The position numbers and the translations under genes were made by a program. A stretch of DNA of 62,231 nt, counting the filler, from Rhabdomonas costata (taxonomy: Eukaryota), in the NCBI GenBank assembly GCA_019059605.1. It is 33 parts of 33 records of this genome, joined end to end, with 100 filler letters (N's around TTAATTAATTAA, not from the genome) between each part and the next. Parts side by side here need not be neighbours in the genome. Positions count along the whole stretch, not along the records: positions 1 to 1,789 come from JAHMHO010009012.1; positions 1,890 to 3,679 come from JAHMHO010009013.1; positions 3,780 to 5,569 come from JAHMHO010009014.1; positions 5,670 to 7,459 come from JAHMHO010009015.1; positions 7,560 to 9,348 come from JAHMHO010009016.1; positions 9,449 to 11,237 come from JAHMHO010009017.1; 27 more parts are not named here. One strand, given 5' to 3'. Positions 1-9,733 of this stretch are shown in pieces (the stretch's first letter is position 1; each line of letters begins with the position of its first letter). The notes under the pieces were generated by a model, which saw nothing but the letters and a program-made list of their open reading frames with translations, searched no databases and had not been told where the DNA came from.

Positions 1-332
1 GGGGGGGGGCTAGCAGACACCAGGATAACGGATTTCAAAGCACTCACAAATTCGCAATTCTAAGCACGTTTTCGATGAACCCATGGCTGTTTCAGTCCCG
101 ACCTCTTTTATTCACATCGGAGGCCTTGTACTTACAGAGGCGTACCGGAGTTGTTCTTCAAAGCCGACAATTCTGCACGTCCTTTCTGAGAGATTATCTC
201 CGCATTGAATTGCGCTGAGAGCGCACTTCACCCAGATCATCTCATTCCGTGAGACGACACCTACTCTACCCGAACCTGAACGAGATGTACGAGGTATATG
301 CATGAAGATTCGGGTGTGTATAAAAGTTTCAC

Positions 333-450
333 CTCGGCGTCAGCTCCGGACTTGAGGGCGTCCAGTCTCAGGTGCTCCTCCTTCTCCTTGGCCTCGAACT
401 CAGCCAGGAAGCGCCGGGCCTCATCATTCAGCTGCCGCGGGGGCACGTAG
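333..450 (-). CDS. Internal exon of a hypothetical protein (YVPPRQLNDEARRFLAEFEAKEKEEHLRLDALKSGADAE)
   Basis: GC3-rich charged helical peptide bounded by cttag| acceptor and GAG|gtgaaa donor. Confidence 0.55.
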
Positions 451-1789
451 CTAAGTATAACCGGTCGGACCGGGGGGGGGAGGCGGGCTGAATTCGAGAT
501 CCAGACCGGGACAACATTTTGGCCGAAATTAGAACTTAGTGTGTGCTGTTAAGATGTGTTGGTTGGTTCACTTGTTTCGGAAGTGAAGCTTTTTTGACTT
601 GCAGTCTACATGCTTGCGCTAGCGTAAAGGTGGGGGACACAAAACACAGATGCTGAACTGTACTCAGCGGTACATGTAAAACATCGAAAACGATCTTTGT
701 TCCCCAATACAATACATCTTGACATTCAAACCACATTGTGTGGTTTGCGGGCGCTGATGTGCGTGCCTGAGGGTGCCAAGACAAAAACAACAACGAGCAT
801 CTCTCACTCCACCAAACAAAAAGTACGAATTGTGATAGGTCCGCCAAAAAGCGGGCACTGCATAATAACGGCAGTTATAAAAATACTCGGACAAGGTTTC
901 CAACTATGAGGGCAACTGCTACCTCATGATGCCGAGCTCTATAGGTATGGTGCAACTGTGGGGTAATACCACCTAAGCTCACGCCCCCTGAAGCCGCATT
1001 CTCAGCACCCTTTACCCCCGTTTGCCCACCTACACGGACCTTCCCGGATGCACTCCAACGGACAAGCGCTCAGTGTCCGAAAAAAAAAGCAAAGAGAAAA
1101 CTCTGTCGGCACTGAACCTGAGAAAACCAAAAACAAATGGGCCCGAGGAAGGATGCGTGAGAATTTGCAGATGCGAAAACCTTTGGAATCTGAGATGTGT
1201 ACTTGTCACCGGAAGTAAAAACCAATGCGTGACCGGTCTCCATTTCCGCTTCTGATAAGGTGCGTCAGAAATGATTCGGGGTACATTTCGGCACCAGACC
1301 ACAAAAAGGTTTCTAAAAAACTCCGAGTGTAAGGTTGAAAGCAGCACTTTTCGGAGTTTTCCAATCGGAAAGGTCAGAAAAGTTAATGGTTCTACACCAT
1401 GTCATGCCACGGCGCTTCCATTTCGCAGCAGCGTCCTATGAATTGCCCGCCCGCGCGCGCCGCTGGATAAAAACCCAAAGGATCGCAATAGTGTTAAAAC
1501 TGTATCTCTCCAGTCAGAACGCAGAACGCAGGCTACTTCGCAAAACTTGTGCAATTTCAGCCACTCCATCACGCTGCTGATCAGGCAGGAGAAGGCGTGG
1601 ACCGTCCAGTGGAGAAGTTCGGCCGAAAAGACATGTCTTCCATTCCATTGTCATCTGTCATTGAACAGGGCTGTGTCATACTCTTGGCGGCAATCACACC
1701 TTGCGGCTTCTGAGCTGCGATTGCAAGGTGCCTCTAACAGCTAACAGCTGCAGATGGAGCTTCCACACAGCAGTGCCCCACCACACACA

Positions 1790-1889
1790 NNNNNNNNNNN
1801 NNNNNNNNNNNNNNNNNNNNNNNNNNNNNNNNNTTAATTAATTAANNNNNNNNNNNNNNNNNNNNNNNNNNNNNNNNNNNNNNNNNNNN
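1790..1889. other. Artificial contig-joining linker (44 N + TTAATTAATTAA + 44 N); first of 32 copies recurring every ~1890 bp
   Basis: Identical structure at 1790-1889, 3680-3779, 5570-5669 ... 60346-60444. TTAATTAATTAA gives stops in all six frames. Contigs between linkers are all ~1787-1790 bp, consistent with a length-sorted assembly. Confidence 0.98.
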
Positions 1890-1995
1890 CACACGCAACG
1901 ATCGAACGAGAGAACTTCGCTTGGAGAACATATCTCTTGCAATTTTTCAGTAAAGTTGCTTCCGTTATGATAAAAACAGCATATTCAAGATGCAC

Positions 1996-2292
1996 CTCTG
2001 GAGAGCGGCTCACAGGGGTCCCACACGCCAGACAAGGCGGGGAATACACCAGGGGTCCTTCCCGAGCTGTGGTACACCGCGATGGTGTGGGAGACACCGG
2101 AAATCTCAGCTGAGGTGAGGCCGGAGAGAACTCTTTGTGGCCGCGGAGACCGCGAGGCGGGGGTGACCCACTGCCTTCCGTGGACCATAGCAGCAGCTCC
2201 GAAGAAAGAACACCAAACACCACGCAGAGCCCGCAAAGAAGGACGAAGCTCCTCGTCCCGCCCGCACTTGCACCCCGCGGTGCGGGGGGCAT
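1996..2292 (-). CDS. Probable first exon of a signal-anchor (type II membrane-like) protein
   Basis: ATG at 2292, hydrophobic segment FVLLCGLCVVFGVLSSELLLW, Pro/Ser-rich stem, donor GAG|gtgcat. Confidence 0.45.
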
Positions 2293-3782
2293 CGCAAAAA
2301 AAAGAGCCGCCGAGCAACCCTGCCCGGTCGGGAGTTATGAACAAAACATCGACCGCTGCCGCTGCACGTGGTATGCAGCAGACGCAAAATAATAAGAAGA
2401 CTTTTCCGTTCAGCTGCAACAGAAAACAACAGGACGCACGGGGCAGAGAGAGCAAACAGCTATGACCACAGACGAACGCCATTTTCATAGCGTACCCACA
2501 AGAACATCTCTGCAAAGTAACAATTCATATAGAAAGGGGACACATAAGTCACAATTTTAGACTTGGGTCAAAACGCCAAATTAAGGGGCCCTCCTTTGCA
2601 CCAGAAATGAACCGATAATCTGCAAGCTTCTCGAGTGCGTGGAATTGCATTCTTCAGGAGGCACAAAATATACACGTACTGCAAATGGAGGAAGGTCAAT
2701 TCAAGCGTACTGGTGGGTGGTAAATTACAATACAGCGAGACAGTAACAGTTTCTTCGGCAGAGTCATCAAGGACTCAGCTTGACGACGCAGGTACAAAAA
2801 ACCTTGTAGCGTCGTTGGCATCGACATAAGCCACTCGGGATCCTATGCACAGGAGGCACACAAAAGGTCTGTGAGAGACTTGAACACACTGCCGGGCACA
2901 AACGAAACTCGCTAAACTCTTCCATGTGCACATTCGCTTCGTTTTTGAAAGGCTGCTTCGTGCCCACCAATCATTTCCACGAATCACTTCTTTTTTCGTA
3001 CACCAAAGTCATGCTCAATAAAGTGATACAAAGATACAAAGTGTCCGCCCATAAACCAATGGGGAAACAATACCAGAACCGGGCAGCAATGAGCATCAGT
3101 CGCTCTCTTGGGGTTCGTAACTGCTCGGCACGACGGAGAGGGAAAAAGGAGAACAAGCCTTCAGGTTGGGGTTGCTGTGCACCCGCTGCTCCAGGCGCGC
3201 TGCCGCCCTCAACGTGTTGGGTGTAGGCCGCAGCGATCTGTCTCCGATTCCGGCTCACGTTCTCCATGAAGGGCAGAAAGGGCCTGTGGGGAGCACACTT
3301 TTCTGAAAGTTGGAGTGGTTGCAACGGGTAACCCGCCCCAAACCCTCTCTCCTTTCTGCGCTTGTAAATCCAGAGCTCTCTCTCTCTCTCTCTCCCCTTC
3401 TTCTCGCTTTACTTCATTTCCCCGATCCGGGTGCCATGGAGAGAGAGTTTCAGAGAGCGGGCACCTCAAAAAGGCATCCAGTCCCCCGTTCGTGAACCCG
3501 ATGTACATATTTCCCCTGGTGCCGTCCTGCAGCTGAGAGCGAGAAGGAAAGAGCGAGAGAAAGAGAGAGGGAGAGAGGGAGGAGGGAGAAGGAAACAGAG
3601 AGGCTGCGGCAGTGGGCTCCCACAACTCAAAACAGTTTGCTTTTGGCTTTAGTAAAAACGGAGCCCGTAACACCCCCACNNNNNNNNNNNNNNNNNNNNN
3701 NNNNNNNNNNNNNNNNNNNNNNNTTAATTAATTAANNNNNNNNNNNNNNNNNNNNNNNNNNNNNNNNNNNNNNNNNNNNTGT

Positions 3783-3932
3783 GTGTACTGAGTGCCGTTT
3801 TTATATCAGAAAAACACAATACTTCCAAAACTTCCCCGCATTTAAATGCCTTTAAGCAACGACTTTCATCAAAATGCGGGGAAGTTTTGGAAGTATTGTG
3901 TTTTTCTGATATAAAAACGGCACTCAGTACAC
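3783..3932. repeat. Perfect 61-bp inverted repeat with 28-nt loop at contig start
   Basis: 3783-3843 (gtgtactgagtgccg...ccgcattt) is the exact reverse complement of 3872-3932. Confidence 0.95.
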
Positions 3933-5669
3933 CCGCGCAAATTCACAACAACAGCGACAGGTGCTTTTGATTGTGGCAACATGGGTGAAAGACGAAATTC
4001 CGAAAAGTCCGAAAAGTCTCCTTTTTTAGAAAGTTTTTAGCCTATGCGTTTTGAGGCGTCGGTTTAATTTTCAGTGGTGCATCCTTCCTGCAACTTTAGA
4101 ACAGATTTAGCGGACGTGCACACCGGAAAGTGGGCCACTGCAGTGGAGCCGCAAGCTTCTAGAGAACGGACCGATCTTCAAGGTTCAAGGCTGGACTTTT
4201 TCACCATTTTGTCATTAAAGCCGCTGGCGCCTTGGGAATGGAGGACTGGAGGTCAGAGCCGCATTGATGTGGCTGTCCTCCCAGCTGAGTCCCGCCAGCT
4301 GGGGTTTCCGGAGCCTCCTTTCAACGGAATCACAGTGATGTTCCCAAGTTCCAAGTGCCCGCCATCAAATAGCACACGTCACGTTGAAGCGCATCGAAGG
4401 GATTAACTCGACGAAGTGCGCATCCTCTCTTCAACAAAATTCATTCATTTTGTAAAATTCCGGTCGCCTGCCTCACATCGAGGTCGCCCCATTTGCCTGC
4501 AGTACCTCAAACTCAGTGTTTTCTCTTCATGTGCGCGCCCCGACTAATCGCTTTGGTATTTTCGGGCGCCCAGGCATAACACCAAGTCTCTGGTGTGCCT
4601 TCCTTTCTAGTCTTTTTATTGGGTGCGATCATGGAGACCGCCTTGGCGGGTTTTTTGCCTTCGTGGTGGCCCCTAACTTCGCTCTTCTCTTTCGGCCAGC
4701 CGCGGCCTCCTTTTTAGCCATCCGACCATTATGCAGCACGGTACTGGGCCATGACGAACACACCTTACCATTAAGTTGGGGGCCCCGGGACCCGAGGGAT
4801 CGGTACAAACCACGCCGCATCGACCCCACAAAAAACAACACGGGGGCGCCAAAACCACCATTTCTGTACTGTGCCGCATAAGGACCTCAGCAGGTACACC
4901 GCATCAGAGGATTTTGTGGAGGGGTGACACGAGGGAAGATTAACAATCAAAATATAACTTGGTTTCAGGTTAAATCAACCCTTCCACCCCCCAACACACA
5001 CACAAACATTCTGTTTAAAAGAAAACCCAACTTTCTTGGGGCTTTGACCCGTGGTTCTCATTCTCTCTAGCCCATTCTTGGCCCGGAAGGGCCTTTGAAA
5101 AGACGAAGTCGAAGGCAACAAACGTGGGTGACCATCAAAATGGTTCGCAGCGTACAACAGAGCACGAAGGCAAGAAACAGCACAGCCAAAGATTAAAAGG
5201 GAACCGCTTTGACATTGAAATTCCCGCGCCGGTCCCACCACACCCCTTTGGGCCGAAATCATTTGCCCCAAGTGGCTTGGCATTCCATACCTTGGGCACC
5301 TTGTGCCCTACTGGCTTGTTGCTGCCCTTTTTATCACTGCTTGCATTTTGCTCCTAGGCGGTCGCCGGGAATGAAGAGCGGCTTCATCCCAATGGCTACG
5401 CCATGGGGGATTTCATCCCGATCCCTTGTTGGGGATTGGACCGAGCAGCAGTCCGAATCCCATGGTCTTAGTTTCCGGGTTTCCGGACGGAGCAGCCATC
5501 ACGGTAGCCGGTTACCAAGCCGGTTCGTGACACCCTCCCCCCTAGGAAATTACTCCGGAAACCCACCCCNNNNNNNNNNNNNNNNNNNNNNNNNNNNNNN
5601 NNNNNNNNNNNNNTTAATTAATTAANNNNNNNNNNNNNNNNNNNNNNNNNNNNNNNNNNNNNNNNNNNN

Positions 5670-6850
5670 GTGTGGTGGGGTGCAAACCGACGTCAAGCTC
5701 ACTGAAGTCGAGGATCGGGTCCCCAGCAGGCACTTCAGGAACAATCTCAGTAAACAAGCGGGCGCACCCACAATGTCCGCCATTGCTTCTCAGGGTACTG
5801 ATCGCGCCACCCACCACGTCGGCAGCAGTTCGCAACAGATTGCTGGCGTGAATGGTGTCGAAAGTCATGTCGTAAAAACTGATCTTCTCAATCGAGAACG
5901 ACGACGTGCCATCACGCTCATACGCATAACGGTAGTGGCGGGTGCGGAGCTTCCGCTTCTTGACGAGAAATGGAATCGACGGGCATACAAAGCGCCCGTT
6001 CTCTCGGCGGAAGGTCAGCGATCCATGAAGCCGCACGTCCCAGAATTTTTGTGGTTCATGTGGATATTGTTTTGCACATTATGTGCAATGTTCTCCATTT
6101 GGGAGAAACCCACATTTTATCTGTAGTGTGTGTTTTAATTTTTGCCAAGATGTCTTTAGTAAGTGGAATGCCCGCTGCAACGTACATCAAGGCACATCTA
6201 CTGCATCTCTTGTGCATTGAGTAGTATTGTGTGTGCTGACTGCATCTTTGCAATATAGTCCCTGAGTAAGCATATCTTTTCTGTTTATTGCACACATTAT
6301 GCACTCTTTATCTTCGGAGGCGGTGTATGCCTCCTTCCAGGCACGTGTATATGTATCCTCGGGGACCGAGGTAGGGGCCGAGGTAGGGGCCAGGATACGG
6401 GCTGGGTCTGGCTTTTTCCCGCCCAACCTATTGTGGATTACTATGTTTGCGGGCTCAGCGGGCTGGCTTGGGCTTGGGCGCTTGCTTGGGAGCGGGCTTA
6501 GTGGTACTAATGCCCTTCTTGGGACTGGTGTTGGGCTCAGCAAACTTGAGCTCTGTGGGCTTAGGCTCAGGAGCAGGTGTGGGCTCGGTGAGCAGGATAT
6601 CTTGTACATGTCCGTCACCTATTAATACGGCGAGTGTGCCCTTGAATTTGTTAACGGCAGAGTTATTAATCTTTGTAAGTTCTTTCGTCAGTGTGACGAT
6701 CATGTCGATTGTAATGTTTGGAATAGTCTCGATGGGTAGTCCATCGCAGAATGTGATTTGATATGTCCCATCCGCGACCTTCTTTTTTTTTTCAAATGTG
6801 ACTGTCACAGCGACATCCAAACGCATTGGGATCTCGCAGCAAGTTGCCAT
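5670..6850 (-). pseudogene. Long intronless, Cys-rich decayed ORF with a P/K/A-rich linker; possibly viral or mobile-element derived
   Basis: ORF 6850-6455 shifts frame near 6455 into a frame that runs to the contig edge at 5670 with only two stops (TGA 6187-6189, TAA 6079-6081). Motifs CIMC and CT*C (CxxC with a stop inside). No obvious intron needed. Confidence 0.5.
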
Positions 6851-6959
6851 TTGAACTGGCGAAGAACTGGCGGGAACCAGGCGGAGAGAAAGCTGAGAGA
6901 AAGCGAAGAAGGCGAGTTTGGAAGCTAAACAGAAGCGACGGAAAGGCTGAAGAACACTG

Positions 6960-7200
6960 ATTATTTCCGTGAAGGAAATGTAATTATTTATTTATTACAT
7001 GCATCTCACAATAAATTTAAATTTCAATTTTTTATATTAAATAGCAATAGAAAATATTACTTTTGTTATTTTTATATTAAATACAAATAATAATAAAATT
7101 AGTTTATTGTATACAATATTTATAAAAAATAAATTTATTTACTATTTGATAAACATTTACATTGTTCTATATTATGACTTCTAAACATACATGCTTTTCC
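6960..7200. other. Extremely AT-rich intergenic tract
   Basis: Nearly all A/T (e.g. ataaatttaaatttcaattttttatattaaat), unlike any other part of the window. Confidence 0.85.
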
Positions 7201-7239
7201 TGCTATTCCTTCAAACTTTGTAAAACAATGTGAACATTC

Positions 7240-7455
7240 CTAATGATTATGTGTTTTATGAAAAATCGTTGGCCATCCTTTCTCGTCACATATTGCACAA
7301 TAATATATACCATGACTAGCTGTAGGATGAGATGCAACTCTTTCTACTTCTGAAGCTGAAGCTTTTTTCAATTCTAACATATCCAAACAAATAGTACAAA
7401 ATTTTCCATAATAATAACATTGTTTCTCAATATGTGTTGCATCATGACCACCCAA
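7240..7455 (-). CDS. C-terminal part of a small AT-rich Cys/His (zinc-finger-like) protein
   Basis: KFCTICL ... HPTASH ... YYCAICDE ... H: two CxxC pairs plus His residues. A/T-ending codons. 5' end truncated by the contig edge. Confidence 0.45.
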   Translation of the reverse strand: MGGHDATHIEKQCYYYGKFCTICLDMLELKKASASEVERVASHPTASHGIYYCAICDEKGWPTIFHKTHNH

Positions 7456-7915
7456 AAAANNNNNNNNNNNNNNNNNNNNNNNNNNNNNNNNNNNNNNNNN
7501 NNNTTAATTAATTAANNNNNNNNNNNNNNNNNNNNNNNNNNNNNNNNNNNNNNNNNNNNGGGGTTTTTTGGAAGATATTCCGTCCCCCGTAACAACTCTG
7601 TTCCGAAACACTGCTGCATCGTCATAATTGAAGAGCCCATTTTCCATGCTGAGCCGTTGAAACTTTGTGACAGAAACTGCGTCCTGTTTGCCTCCCATAA
7701 TTGCTTAGCTTTTCTTTTCAAGAACACCGACTGTACTCATGTCGGTGAATGTGGTCCAGGCAGAACATACTGTCGCGGTTTGGATTTGTGTCAAGAATGT
7801 TGCCACCGCATTGTTTACCCGAACCTGCATGTGGCCGCACATCCTCGCTCGTGGACCTTTGTGTGGGTTCGCAGAGTGTCCAGGGCGGTGCAGCCATCCG
7901 AGACTGAGCCCTCAG

Positions 7916-8121
7916 CGGAGGATCTTATTCTGCGCAAGTTTGACAACTGCTCGCGCTACGGGCCCAAGCTGGGGATCAGCCGCGGGCTGCGGTACCTCCG
8001 GGCCACCCGTATGGGCATCCCCGTGCCCGACGAAGTGCGGGTGTTGCTGGAGCGCAAGCCCGAGCTGCAAGACTTCGTGTGGTCCCTGGAGGGCCTCTGC
8101 CACCGCGGCGCGCAGGCATAG
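7916..8121 (+). CDS. POLD4: DNA polymerase delta subunit 4 (p12/Cdm1), last exon
   Basis: ILRKFDNCSRYGPKLGISRGLRYLRATRMGIPVPDEVRVLL...VW matches the p12 pattern LRxFDLxxxYGPCxGIxRLxRWxRAxxxGLxPPxEV. Acceptor ctcag| at 7915, TAG stop at 8119-8121. Confidence 0.8.
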
Positions 8122-8584
8122 CAGCGCCCTGCGGCTGGTGAGGCACGTACTCCAATCCCCCCCCCCCCCCGAGATCCACTTTCATGTTCTGTATTGCTTT
8201 TTTTTGCACTGCAATCCGTGTGGTGGTGTCTTCCAGGCACCGGGGTTCTTTTTTCACGGCTTTGTTGTATTTGTCCAGGAGACGCGCGACTCTTCTGGCT
8301 GGTTGTCTGCACCCAACGGACCTTCTGCTGCGGTTCGAGTTTTGGAGTGTTCCTTTCTCTTTCCGGGTGGGAAGAATGGGTACTTGTCCTGCCATACAAA
8401 ATCCGTGGATAGGCATCACAACTTCGTTTCAAAGGTTGGGTCTAAAGTCTTTCATTTCCTTTCATCGGATTTCTGCTGATGCTTGTTCAGGTCTGAAAGT
8501 TTGTTGCCACCCTTTGCGTTCGCCTTCCCATATGTTGCAGCCTTCTTTGCCCGATCGTTATTTTCTAAGCAAAAGTTCCCCCTC

Positions 8585-9037
8585 ATGGCCGGATTTCTAC
8601 ACCCTGGCGGGAAGTTCGCTTCCCATGCGGTGGCAGCTGCCCTTCTGCTGGTGCTGCTGCACTGCGTTCCCATCCACGCTGATCCCGCGCTTCGAGGGCA
8701 GTCCCCCCCCACGGTTACCGCCACCTCGGTGGCCTTCAATGCAACCTCCACCCTGCGGATGCTGTACTACAGCATGATGGCGTACTGCCCCAGCACCCAG
8801 CCGGTCGAGAGCTGGACCTGCCCCATGTGCACGGCCCCCGCGGCGCGGGTGGGGACGTCGGTTGCGTGGATGAGCAACACCTGCTTGGGCACCCGGGGGT
8901 TTGTCACCCGCCTCGAGGGGTCCACAGATGTCGTCGTGGCCTTCCGAGGATCCAACAACACGGCCAACTGGATCATGGACTTTGACTTTGTCGGGAACAC
9001 TCCAAGCTGCTTCCAGGGCGCCCCGGATCGTGCCAAG
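8585..9037 (+). CDS. Secreted class 3 lipase, first exon
   Basis: Signal-like AVAAALLLVLLHC, then MAYC...WTCPMC...RGFV...VVVAFRGSNNTANWIMDFDF (Lipase_3 FRGS/T lid region). Donor AAG|gtagtc at 9038. Confidence 0.88.
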
Positions 9038-9448
9038 GTAGTCATACTCTCTCTGTCTTTATGTCCGCCATCGGTGGGGAATCAGTCAATTAATGGCAAA
9101 TTGAGAGACAGTTTTACTTTTCTTTGACGGCTTTCACACCACCTAAATAAAAGCAGAAAAACAACAAATCTTCATCAGGCTACCGAACCGGTAGGGTGAA
9201 AACGCACGAATCTTTAAAAGAAAAGGTAGCTCGGTTTTCTGCTTTGCTCACTGTCCTCTAAAGTTCCAACACCGTGCTTCCAGCTCCAGCACGGCAGCCG
9301 GAGAGAAACCCGTGAAGAAGGAGCCCGAACACTGTCCCCAACCACAACNNNNNNNNNNNNNNNNNNNNNNNNNNNNNNNNNNNNNNNNNNNNTTAATTAA
9401 TTAANNNNNNNNNNNNNNNNNNNNNNNNNNNNNNNNNNNNNNNNNNNN

Positions 9449-9733
9449 CAGGACCTTCGCGTACAGGCGGTCCTGATCGGAGAGATGGGGGTGGGCAAGA
9501 AGAAGCTCCAGGGCGGCCGAGGAGATGGTGTCGGGAAGAGTGGGAGGAACCTGCGGGGCGAGAGAAAGGGTGAGGGCGGCGAACTTCGCCTCAAGGTCGA
9601 GCTTGGAGGCAGAGAACTGCGTCTGAAGCTCGACGTGACTCTGCTGGAGGGACTGCTGGGAAGCCTTGATCTGCTCCACAGCAGCGAGGATGTGCTGCAA
9701 GATGGTGTTGGGATCCGTCATCGGCGAGCCCAT
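9449..9733 (-). CDS. N-terminus of a coiled-coil protein (gag/ORF1-like or hypothetical), truncated by contig edge
   Basis: MGSPMTDPNTILQHILAAVEQIKASQQSLQQSHVELQTQFSASKLDLEAKFAAL heptad pattern, GC3-rich, no intron seen. Confidence 0.4.

Noticed and set aside
1834..1845. Regularly spaced TTAATTAATTAA palindromes as a CRISPR-like or biological repeat array
   Set aside because: Always embedded in fixed N runs; an assembly linker. ORFs ending in XXX...LIN are artefacts of it.
5670..6618. Stop-codon reassignment (Blastocrithidia-like) explaining in-frame stops
   Set aside because: Conserved host exons (AspRS, PMCA, ABC, GCFC) have no in-frame stops, POLD4 and CZIB end at TAG and TGA at the expected positions, and frameshifts accompany the stops.
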